The notes below the pieces were generated by a model. That model did no database searches and had not been told where the DNA came from. It saw nothing but the letters and a program-made list of their open reading frames with translations. Shown piece after piece: positions 56,260 to 64,000 of a DNA stretch of 64,000 nt (its first letter is position 1; each line of letters begins with the position of its first letter). The stretch lies in NCBI GenBank assembly GCA_035941675.1, contig DASZDT010000004.1, positions 1,837-65,836 of the forward strand, given 5' to 3'. The translations under genes and the position numbers were made by a program. The DNA comes from Chthoniobacterales bacterium. GTDB taxonomy: Bacteria; Verrucomicrobiota; Verrucomicrobiia; Chthoniobacterales; UBA10450.

Positions 56260-56861
56260 AAATTCTGGCGCTAGAACTTTCCAGCGCGCGCGGCAGCCTG
56301 GCGTGGCGGGACGGCGACCTCGATCTGACGCGGGAATGGGAGAACAACCGGAAGAACTCCGGCGAGTTCTTTCGGAACCTCGCGGAAGTGCGCCGGGAAT
56401 TTGGCGCCCCGCATCGGATTGTCGTCGGCCTCGGTCCGGGCTCCTATGCCGGAACCCGGATCGGGATCTCCGCGGCGCTCGGCCTGCATGTCGCCTTGAA
56501 AGCCGAGCTGGTCGGATTGTCGTCGCTCTGTGCGATGGAGAGCGAGGCGGCAGCGTACGCCGTTGTCGGGGACGCGCGACGACAGTCATTTTTTCTGGGA
56601 CAGGTGCGCGACAACACCCTGGTCGCTCCACCGTCGTTGCACTCCGAGCCCCAGCTCCGGGAAGCGCTCGCGGCGATCGCAGCGCGGATGCCGGTCTTCG
56701 CGGTGGAAGAGCTGCCGCAATTTTCCGGTCTAAAGGTCGGCTATCCGTCCGCCCGAATCCTCGGCCAGCTTGCCGCGGAGGCGAATCGCACGTTTGTTTT
56801 GCCGCCACTCGAGCCGATGTATTTGCGCGAACCGCACATCACGACGCCGAAACAGAAATGA
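56256..56861 (+). CDS. tsaB: tRNA t6A37 biosynthesis protein TsaB
   Basis: ILALELSSARGSLA, VGLGPGSYAGTRIGIS. GTG start overlapping the tsaE stop (GTGA). Confidence 0.75.
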   Translation: MKILALELSSARGSLAWRDGDLDLTREWENNRKNSGEFFRNLAEVRREFGAPHRIVVGLGPGSYAGTRIGISAALGLHVALKAELVGLSSLCAMESEAAAYAVVGDARRQSFFLGQVRDNTLVAPPSLHSEPQLREALAAIAARMPVFAVEELPQFSGLKVGYPSARILGQLAAEANRTFVLPPLEPMYLREPHITTPKQK

Positions 56862-57949
56862 GCGAAACGCATAGATGCTGGGTTGAGATTGATCGCAGCG
56901 CGCTGCTGCACAACGCCGGCGTGGTCCGCGAAAGGATCGGGAACGCCGAACTGCTCGCGGTGGTCAAAGCAAACGCCTACGGCCATGGCCTGGTCGGCGT
57001 GGCGAAAACGCTGGCGAGCAACGCGCAACTGTTCGGGGTGGCGAATCTCGAGGAAGCGCTCGCGCTTCGCGACGCCGGCCTGGCGCACCCCGTGATTGTT
57101 CTGGGCCCGGCGCTGGCCAGCGAGCGGGCGCCGATCGTGGAGCGCGGATTCATTCCGACCGTCTCCAGTCTGGAAGAGGCGGAAGCGTTCGATCGAATCG
57201 GATCCGTCGCGATCAACTTCAAGGTGGACACCGGCATGGGCCGGATGGGCGTGCCGGAAAGCGAGAGCCTCGCGGCCTTCAAAAAAGTGTCGGCGTTACG
57301 GAATGTCCGGGTGCACAGCGTTTCGACGCACATGCCGGTGTCGAATGAGGACGCCGATTTTACTCGCGACCAGCTGACGCGGTTCCAGAAAGTCGTGGAA
57401 CGGTTTCGCGCGGAAGTTCCGGGGGCCTATAAAGCGCACGTTCTTCAAAGCACGGGCACGCTCGCCTTCAACGAGACACCTCACGAAATTGTGCGCGCCG
57501 GTATCATGCTTTACGGCATTTCTCCGCTGCCGGAATGCCAGGATCTGCTCAAGCCAGTCATGACGTGGAAGACGCGGATCGGGTTGATTCGCGATATGCC
57601 GGCCGGACACGGGATCAGCTATGGCCGCACTTTCATTACGCCAGGCCCGATGCGCGTCGCCACCTTGACGGCCGGTTATGCCGACGGTTATCAGCGTCAG
57701 ATATCGAACCGCGACGCCGCCATGATCGTGCGGGGAAAACGCTGCCCGCTGCTCGGGCGGGTGACGATGGATCTCATGGTCATCGATGTGTCCGATTTGC
57801 CGGAGGCGAGCGCCGGCGACGAAGTCGTGTTGATGGGCCGGCAGGGGGAGGCGGAAATCAGCGCCGCGGAATTGGCGGAGCGCGCGGGGACGATCCACTG
57901 GGATATCGTTACGCGCATTGGCAGCCGGGTGCGGCGTGTGTATGTGTGA
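56858..57949 (+). CDS. alr: alanine racemase
   Basis: AVVKANAYGHG (PLP Lys), KVDTGMGRMG, GYADGY, RVTMDLMVIDV. ATGA overlap with tsaB. Confidence 0.9.
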   Translation: MSETHRCWVEIDRSALLHNAGVVRERIGNAELLAVVKANAYGHGLVGVAKTLASNAQLFGVANLEEALALRDAGLAHPVIVLGPALASERAPIVERGFIPTVSSLEEAEAFDRIGSVAINFKVDTGMGRMGVPESESLAAFKKVSALRNVRVHSVSTHMPVSNEDADFTRDQLTRFQKVVERFRAEVPGAYKAHVLQSTGTLAFNETPHEIVRAGIMLYGISPLPECQDLLKPVMTWKTRIGLIRDMPAGHGISYGRTFITPGPMRVATLTAGYADGYQRQISNRDAAMIVRGKRCPLLGRVTMDLMVIDVSDLPEASAGDEVVLMGRQGEAEISAAELAERAGTIHWDIVTRIGSRVRRVYV

Positions 57950-57955
57950 GGAGAG

Positions 57956-58321
57956 ATGTTCCAGATCATCTTCAACGAGCTGAGCGCGGCGGAAATGGCC
58001 GCGCTGCCGAAGTCGTTGCAGCTCGATCTGCTGGCGGAATTCCAGATCCTTCCGGAAGACTTGGATAACCTCGACGCGAGCCGCTTCGGCGTGATCGAGC
58101 GCGAAGGCAAGAAGCTCCACCGCTACCGCGCGAAAGAGTACCGGATTTATTTTGAGCGCCGGCCGGAAGGCATCACCGTCCACCGCGTCCTGCACAAGAA
58201 CACGTTCCGGGATTTTCTTTTCCGCAGTAAATTGCCGATGGCGGAAGACGACCAGCTCGGGAAGAACCACGAGTTCTGGAAGTTGATCGAACAGGGCGAG
58301 CGAACGCAGAAAGCATCGTGA
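57956..58321 (+). CDS. RelE/ParE-fold-like small protein with a ~30-aa C-terminal extension, no adjacent antitoxin
   Basis: MFQIIFNELSAAEMAALPKSLQLDLLAEFQIL...LHRYRAKEYRIYFERRPEGITVHRVLHK follows the RelE/ParE pattern (i.f...a..el..lpk.....i...i..l...........yR.r.gdyRiiy.......i.i..v.hR). Confidence 0.55.
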   Translation: MFQIIFNELSAAEMAALPKSLQLDLLAEFQILPEDLDNLDASRFGVIEREGKKLHRYRAKEYRIYFERRPEGITVHRVLHKNTFRDFLFRSKLPMAEDDQLGKNHEFWKLIEQGERTQKAS

Positions 58322-59481
58322 TCGCCGAGCTGGCCGCCGACGAAGCTCTTCGCCAGCGCGAGTTTCCAATCTGTGCCCGCAAGATTTACTGCGCGCACGC
58401 GGCGGACGCGCCGTTGCCGCGACGGGTCGCTGAGGCAATGAAGGAGTCGGTCGAGCGCGCCTGCGCCGATTCGCGGAATTACGATCACGAGCTGGAACGG
58501 ATCGCGGAGACACGGCGGATTGTGGCGCAGTTGCTGGCGTGCGAGACCGAAGAGATTTCGTTCACCGGTCCGACGGCGAGTGGATTGAACACCGTCGCCA
58601 GCGGCCTCGACTGGAACCCGGGCGACGAGGTCGTCTGCTACCTCGATGATTATCCCGCGAACGTGTATCCGTGGCTCGCCCTCGCACGCCGCGGCGTGAA
58701 GCCGGTTTTCCTTGAGACGGCGAGCCTCGGGGGAATTACGCCGGAGATCGTCGAGCGCGCGCTCACGAAACGGACGAGACTCGTCGCGCTGGCGAGCGCG
58801 CATAACATCAGCGGTTATCGGATCGATCTGGATACGATCGGCGCGCTCTGCGCCGAGCGCGGCATTCTCTTCTCGGTCGACGCCATCCAGACGCTCGGCG
58901 CGTTTCCGGTTCCGTTGCGGCACGTCGACTTCGCCAGCTCCGGATCGCAGAAGTGGATGCTGGGTCCTTCCGGGGCCGGGATTCTTTACGTAAAGAAAAC
59001 CCGCCACGAATTGTTGCGCCCTGCGCTGATCGGCGGGTGGAACGTGGTCTCACCGGATTTCATCACGCAGCGCGAGATACGTTTCGAAAGCGGCGGCCGG
59101 AAATTCGAACCCGGCGCCTACACGCACAGCGTCATCGCGGGTCTCAGGGCTGCGGCCGAGCTGCTCCTGGAAGCCGGGCCGAAAGAAGTTTCGAATCAGA
59201 TTCGATCGTTGAACGAATCGCTGCGCGAACAAATTGCGGCGGCCGGCTTCGAGTTCCTGAGTCCCGCCGAAGACGCAAACCGCAGCGGGATCCTGACGTT
59301 TCGGCATCCCAACGCAGGCTCCGATCGGCTGTGGGAAGTGCTCAGGAAGAGCGACATCGTGGTTTCGCTGCGCTTGGACCGCGCGAACCAGAGTTGGTTG
59401 CGTGTTAGCCCCCATTTTTATAACACCGAGCCGGAGATCCACAGCATCATCAATCATCTGCGGCAAGAAGTGCAGACCTAG
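58318..59481 (+). CDS. class V aminotransferase-fold PLP enzyme (cysteine desulfurase/SufS-like family)
   Basis: FSVDAIQTLG, SGSQKWMLGPSGAGILYV (PLP Lys region), RVSPHFYNT. GTGA overlap with the upstream gene. Confidence 0.85.
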   Translation: MIAELAADEALRQREFPICARKIYCAHAADAPLPRRVAEAMKESVERACADSRNYDHELERIAETRRIVAQLLACETEEISFTGPTASGLNTVASGLDWNPGDEVVCYLDDYPANVYPWLALARRGVKPVFLETASLGGITPEIVERALTKRTRLVALASAHNISGYRIDLDTIGALCAERGILFSVDAIQTLGAFPVPLRHVDFASSGSQKWMLGPSGAGILYVKKTRHELLRPALIGGWNVVSPDFITQREIRFESGGRKFEPGAYTHSVIAGLRAAAELLLEAGPKEVSNQIRSLNESLREQIAAAGFEFLSPAEDANRSGILTFRHPNAGSDRLWEVLRKSDIVVSLRLDRANQSWLRVSPHFYNTEPEIHSIINHLRQEVQT

Positions 59482-59520
59482 GATTGTGAGCGGTGCGCCC
59501 CCCGAAGTAAGATCGCGCCG

Positions 59521-62500
59521 GTGAAATACTGGGCCTTCATCAGTTACAGCCATCTCGACAAGGTCTGGGGTGACTGGCTCCACAAAGCGCTCGAAACCTA
59601 CCGGGTGCCGCGCCGGCTAGTAGGGGGTCCATCGCGGGATGGCGAGGTACCGGCTCGCTTGTTTCCCATCTTCCGCGATCGCGAAGAGCTTCCTGTCTCC
59701 GCCGATCTGAGCACGAACATCAACCAGGCCCTACAGGAATCGCGGTATTTGATTGTGATCTGTTCGCCGCACTCGGCTCGCTCGCGGTGGGTCGGAGAAG
59801 AAATCACGACGTTTAAGGCTCTCGGCCGCGAAGATCGGATCCTCGCGCTGATCGTGGACGGGGAGCCAAATGCGGAGGGCAAGCCAGGATTCGCCGCCGC
59901 AGACGAATGTTTCCATCCCAATCTGCGGTATCGATGGGCCGAGGGCGTGGGCATTTCGGATACACCCAGTGAGCCGATCGCGGCCGACGCGCGTGAAGGC
60001 AAAGACGGAAAGCACAACGCGAAGCTGAAACTGCTGGCCGGTTTGCTGGGGGTCAATTACGACGATCTCCGACAGCGCGAGCACGAGCGCCGGCTACGAC
60101 GCGCCCGCAGGATTGGCATGGCGGCTCTGGCTCTGGTCGCGGTTTTTGCCGGGCTTGCAATCTGGGCGGTTCTCGCGGCCCGCGAAGCGTCGCGGCAAAA
60201 ACGACAGACGCAACGGTTGCTGGTCGCGACCGACAGCGCGCGATCGCAGGAATTCTTCGACCGCGGCGATGCGGCTACAGCGGTCGCTTTCCTGGCCCGT
60301 GCTGCTGAACAGGACCCGGACGAACGGAGTGTGGCGGCCGAGCGCCTCTGGTTCGCCTTGACCCAACGGTCGTGGCCAATCCTCGTTGCTCCTTCGATGC
60401 GTCATGCCGGCGCAATCGCGAGCGTTCGTTTTTCTCCCGACGGAGCCAGGGTGCTGACGGCAAGCCGCGATGGAACAGTGCGTTTGTGGGAAACCAGTTC
60501 GGGGAATCCGACCGGCCCTGTCTGGGCCCATCCCAAACCGCTTCGTCGCGCTCTCTTCACCCCGGACGGAGACCGTGTCATCAGTGTGTGCCTTGATGGA
60601 TCCGCGCGGATTCTTGATCCCAAGAAAGATTTTAGCGCGGCGTTAACCCTGAATAATCCGGATTCGATCAACGCTGTCGCCGTGAGTGCAAAAAGCGCGT
60701 GCGTCGCCACCGGCTCGACGGATGGAACTGTCCGTTTGTGGAGCACCGAGACCGGTCGTCTCCTCGGCGAAATCAAGCGGCCGGAAAATGTGCATACCCT
60801 CCTTTTTCATCCGACAGACGAAACCTTACTCCTTGGGGTCAGCGGGACGACGGCTAGTCTCTGGAAAGTCCCGGAAGGCACTGCCGTTTTTGAATTCCAG
60901 CACGACGGAGATATCAACTCCGCGGAATTCGATGGCGATGGCGGCCGAATTCTCACCGCGAGCAAGGATCGCACAGCGCGAATTTGGGACACCCGCAGCG
61001 GGCGGGTCGTAGGAATGGAACTGCTCCACGAGGATGAGGTGGTGGACGCGAAATTCAGTCCCGACAGCCAGGTGATCGCGACCTCCGGGGGTCTAAAAGT
61101 ATCGATTTGGAGCGGCGGAGCGCGCAGAAACGAATTAGTTCACGAGGCCGCGATCACGACGATGAAATTCAGCCGGGACAGTCGTGCGCTTTTCACGGCC
61201 TCGGCCGACGGAAAGGTGCGCCAATGGAATCTTGCCAGCGGCGAAATGATTGGCGAACCGATCACCGAGGCAAGTGCCGTTGTGGCCCTGGAGTTGGATC
61301 CGTCCGGTCGCAAACTTCTTCTTGGGATGGGGAATGGAACAGTTCGCCTGTGGCGCCCCGCGCCGCGATACCCGATTTCCGATCGGCTGGTCCATGCGGC
61401 GACGATCGAAAAATTGGTCCCATCCCCGAACGGCGCGTTGCTCGCCGCAGCGTGCACTGATGGCTCCGCCTTGCTTTGGGATCTGGCCCACAGTGAAAAA
61501 CCGCGTAGCACGCTCGCGCACAAGTCGGCGGTTCTCGCACTGGCGTTCAATCCCGACGGCAGCACGATGTTGACCGGCGGTGCCGATGCTACCGCCCGGC
61601 TTTGGGAAACGCAATCCGGCGCCTCGCTCTGCGCTCCTCTCGCTCACCCGGGCACCGTTTCGCTGGTCACCTTTCGTCCCGACGGAAAGATGTTTGCCAC
61701 CGCGACTGAGAATGGGGTTGCGCAGTTGTGGGATGCTACGACGAAAAAGCGCGTCGGAGAGCCGATGAAGCACCCTGCGCAAATCAGCGCGCTCGAATGC
61801 ACGAGAGATAACAGGCTGCTGATGACCGCCAGTTGGGATGGCAAAATTCGCTTCTGGGATGCTACGACGGCTCAACCCGCCGGCGCGCCCTTCGGAACAG
61901 CGTCGGAGATCACCGCGGCTCGGATTGCGCCGGGCAACGCCACCATTGCTACCGGGCACCGTGATGGAGCGGTCAATGTCTGGTCGTTCTCGGGAAATCT
62001 GCTGCGGGCAATGTCTCACAAAAAATCCGTCAACAGTTTGGAGTTTAATTCTGCCGGCGACTACCTTGTCACCGGTTCGGACGACGGCACCGCCTCTGTC
62101 TGGGAAGTGGCGAGCGGCAAACCGTCCGGTGAGGCCATGCAGCTCGATGCGGCGGCGACGGCGGTGGCCTTCGATCCCGGCGGCAATCGTGTCGCGACCG
62201 GTGCGGACAATGGACGGGTGAGAATTTGGGATGCGCGGACCGGGCAGCCGATCAGTGAGATCCTGCGGCACGAGAAAGCGGTGACCTCTCTGGCGTTCAG
62301 TGCGGATGGGACAAGGCTCTTTTCCGGGTCGCGCGATCACACGGTGCGAATCTGGGCCGGGCCCGGAACGATCAACGCGAGCGACCGGCAGGCGTTGGTG
62401 AAACTGGCGCGGTCGATCACGCCGGTTGCGCTTCAGGCTTCCGGGCGGCCTGCTCTTCGCGCTGAAGAAGAACTGAAAGCGCTGTCCGCGGAGCCCGAGT

Positions 62501-62676
62501 CGTCGGCTCCGGGAGCGATCGTGCGGAAATGGTTTCTAACCGATGTCATGGTCCGGCCCCTGACTCCGTCCGCTTCGATCGATCTGCGCACATTCATTCG
62601 CAATCGAAGATCGGATAATTCTCCTGCCGCCGCCGACGAAGCGCGCTTCTGGGAGGATGGTCAGGCAACCCGCTGA
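59521..62676 (+). CDS. TIR domain - transmembrane helix - WD40 repeat protein (1051 aa)
   Basis: N-terminal TIR_2-like AFISYSHLDKVWGDWLHKAL...YLIVICSPHSARSRWVGEEI. TM IGMAALALVAVFAGLAIWAVLAA (about aa 198-220). About 16 WD40 blade endings (DGTVRLWE, GTVRLWS, RTARIWD, GKVRQWN, ATARLWE, GKIRFWD, GRVRIWD, HTVRIWA...). GTG start. Confidence 0.85.
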   Translation: MKYWAFISYSHLDKVWGDWLHKALETYRVPRRLVGGPSRDGEVPARLFPIFRDREELPVSADLSTNINQALQESRYLIVICSPHSARSRWVGEEITTFKALGREDRILALIVDGEPNAEGKPGFAAADECFHPNLRYRWAEGVGISDTPSEPIAADAREGKDGKHNAKLKLLAGLLGVNYDDLRQREHERRLRRARRIGMAALALVAVFAGLAIWAVLAAREASRQKRQTQRLLVATDSARSQEFFDRGDAATAVAFLARAAEQDPDERSVAAERLWFALTQRSWPILVAPSMRHAGAIASVRFSPDGARVLTASRDGTVRLWETSSGNPTGPVWAHPKPLRRALFTPDGDRVISVCLDGSARILDPKKDFSAALTLNNPDSINAVAVSAKSACVATGSTDGTVRLWSTETGRLLGEIKRPENVHTLLFHPTDETLLLGVSGTTASLWKVPEGTAVFEFQHDGDINSAEFDGDGGRILTASKDRTARIWDTRSGRVVGMELLHEDEVVDAKFSPDSQVIATSGGLKVSIWSGGARRNELVHEAAITTMKFSRDSRALFTASADGKVRQWNLASGEMIGEPITEASAVVALELDPSGRKLLLGMGNGTVRLWRPAPRYPISDRLVHAATIEKLVPSPNGALLAAACTDGSALLWDLAHSEKPRSTLAHKSAVLALAFNPDGSTMLTGGADATARLWETQSGASLCAPLAHPGTVSLVTFRPDGKMFATATENGVAQLWDATTKKRVGEPMKHPAQISALECTRDNRLLMTASWDGKIRFWDATTAQPAGAPFGTASEITAARIAPGNATIATGHRDGAVNVWSFSGNLLRAMSHKKSVNSLEFNSAGDYLVTGSDDGTASVWEVASGKPSGEAMQLDAAATAVAFDPGGNRVATGADNGRVRIWDARTGQPISEILRHEKAVTSLAFSADGTRLFSGSRDHTVRIWAGPGTINASDRQALVKLARSITPVALQASGRPALRAEEELKALSAEPESSAPGAIVRKWFLTDVMVRPLTPSASIDLRTFIRNRRSDNSPAAADEARFWEDGQATR

Positions 62677-63552
62677 TCAAGGGTAGGCCTTGGCCTGGTT
62701 CTCGACGTAGGGCTCAGTCTCGTGGTCGAGCCACTCCGGTTCACGGACAGGAGGGCCGAAAAGGACTTGGGTGACATCGACCTTCGAAACCAGATATCCG
62801 AACGCTTTCCGTTTTCCGCCGAGCGCATCGATAGTGGCGCGAGCAAGCATTTTCGCCTGACGATCGCCGTCCCGGGCTGCATCCCGCAAAGCCGGCAGAC
62901 TTTGATCTCCCAGAAGCAAAAACAACCGGACCGCCCGGGATGCGTTATAGCGGAAGTGGTCTTCACTTAAATTCGCAGCCGCCCGACGCATTACCTCGGG
63001 AGTGAAGAGCGGAGCGTACTCGGCCATGATCCCGCGCTGCTTCGCCAGCCAGGCCGCGGCCCAAAGGACAAAGGGGTTCTCCGAGACGCCGATCGCTTCT
63101 TTTACGTACGGCTCGAAAAGCTCGAAATGATCGTCAATATAGCGCCACGCTTCCCAATGCGATCCACTCCAGGCAAGCTGGTCCGAGGGCACTTTGAAAA
63201 TCGAATCGGATTTAACGTAACGATCGGTTTCTTCCATCCGGGAAAACACGAAGCGAATAAAACGCTCGTCCGGTTGAAATGAATCGGTGTTGAACAGCAC
63301 GTGGAGAATAGCGTCCCGGCCCTGGCGATCGGTGCGATAGAGCTCCGCGAGGAGATCTTCCCTGATGTCCTCTCGATAGTTCAGCAGCCATTCCGTGCCG
63401 CGCGAGCAATTGTGCGGAACTTTGTCGTCCCGAATGTCCGAAAAGGCGCGCCGCAGGTCCTCGGCAGGTGGAGCGGCCCACACCTGGCCGTGGAAAATCG
63501 CGGCGCCCGCGCACAGGCAAAAGAGAAGCTGCCGAGGGGTAACCGTCTCCAC
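62677..63552 (-). CDS. secreted hypothetical protein
   Basis: Signal peptide (LLFCLCAGAAIFHGQVWA). Convergent with, and abutting, the TIR-WD40 gene. HEAT/ARM-like helical composition. No family recognised. Confidence 0.55.
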   Translation of the reverse strand: METVTPRQLLFCLCAGAAIFHGQVWAAPPAEDLRRAFSDIRDDKVPHNCSRGTEWLLNYREDIREDLLAELYRTDRQGRDAILHVLFNTDSFQPDERFIRFVFSRMEETDRYVKSDSIFKVPSDQLAWSGSHWEAWRYIDDHFELFEPYVKEAIGVSENPFVLWAAAWLAKQRGIMAEYAPLFTPEVMRRAAANLSEDHFRYNASRAVRLFLLLGDQSLPALRDAARDGDRQAKMLARATIDALGGKRKAFGYLVSKVDVTQVLFGPPVREPEWLDHETEPYVENQAKAYP

Positions 63553-63667
63553 GGCCCGCTATCTCACGCGAATTCGCGGCGTTCGTCAAGCAGCCTGCTG
63601 CCAGCCTGAGTTCCTGATTGTGCCGGAACTCCCGAGTTGCTTGAATGGCGCCGTGAACCCCCGACGA

Positions 63668-64000
63668 ATGCGGTTCCGTGTTACGGCGCCATTGTTATGG
63701 AACCTGGCGTTTTGCCTCCTTTTTCTTTTCGCTTCCGCTGCCGCCCAGATGACACCCGAGCAGGCGGACCGGGAATTAAACACAAGTTATCGCGAGGCCA
63801 TGAATCGGTTGCCTCCGGCGACGCGCGAAAAGCTGCGCAATGCGCAAAGGGCCTGGCTCGCTTTTGCGGAGAAAAATAACGTTGCCCTTCGGCTCGCTGC
63901 AGGGAGCCTCTCGATTTCCGCACAGGTATGTCAGGCGACCGAACTTGAGGAAGTAGAGAAACGCTCGATAGATTTTGGATACTCGGAGGAGTCAACAGAA
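63668..64000 (+). CDS. secreted DUF1311 (LprI-like) domain protein, C-terminus cut by window edge
   Basis: Hand translation from ATG 63668: MRFRVTAPLLWNLAFCLLFLFASAAAQMTPEQADRELNTSYREAMNRLPPATREKLRNAQRAWLAFAEKN..., 111 codons with no stop, absent from the track. The LN.sY......L......L...QRaWl.f pattern is DUF1311-like. Confidence 0.65.
   Translation, partial: MRFRVTAPLLWNLAFCLLFLFASAAAQMTPEQADRELNTSYREAMNRLPPATREKLRNAQRAWLAFAEKNNVALRLAAGSLSISAQVCQATELEEVEKRSIDFGYSEESTE

Noticed and set aside
1-64000. Search by eye for rRNA, CRISPR arrays, transposases, integrases, phage structural genes and riboswitches (a B12 element upstream of the mutase, TPP upstream of thiL).
   Set aside because: I recognised none. 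The leaders in question are too short (about 50-60 nt or overlapping genes) to hold such elements. Covariance-model scans would be needed to exclude small ncRNAs.

Overview
GC-rich bacterial chromosomal window. Gene content (paired secreted amidohydrolases, a YVTN-propeller/di-haem fusion, K/S/I-rich microrepeats inside genes) makes me guess a Verrucomicrobiota-like soil organism, but that is only a guess. I call about 55 protein genes and one tRNA-Arg(TCT). The backbone is ordinary metabolism and housekeeping: KamA-like radical SAM enzyme plus a lone CoA-transferase A subunit, thiolase, two amidohydrolases, a FabG-like SDR, a split IcmF-like B12 mutase, MFS and POT transporters, a fused 3-oxoacid CoA-transferase, the methylcitrate operon prpD-prpB-prpC with a thioesterase, a desaturase, a YdeP-type molybdoenzyme with fdhD and mobA, ada, sppA, a CPBP protease, thiL, and tsaE-tsaB-alr. 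Between these sit cassettes that look AT-richer by eye (GC not computed) and have a conflict-system flavour. (i) An 850-aa gamma-class N6-adenine DNA methyltransferase is translationally coupled to a PIN-domain RNase with no separate antitoxin, inside a ~3.3-kb insert bracketed by a 57/61-nt duplication of the fabG 3' end. (ii) A single-gene cassette (DUF4062-like/TIR-like N-terminus plus tandem ACT domains) is bracketed by an ~86-nt duplication, period 1764 bp, of the 5' end and leader of the fused CoA-transferase gene. (iii) A 1138-aa LRR-Roc-COR (ROCO) protein carries an uncharacterised ~340-aa C-terminal module. (iv) A 1051-aa TIR-TM-WD40 protein. There is also toxin-antitoxin debris: a HicB-like orphan, an addiction-module antitoxin with a degraded toxin, and an orphan RelE-like gene. 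An open-ended ORF absent from the supplied track sits at each window edge. I saw no integrase, transposase, CRISPR array or rRNA. My best candidate for a previously undescribed system is the methyltransferase-PIN pair (15341-18414), followed by the DUF4062-like/ACT cassette (26331-27704). All family assignments come from motif recognition by eye and need HMM or structure confirmation.
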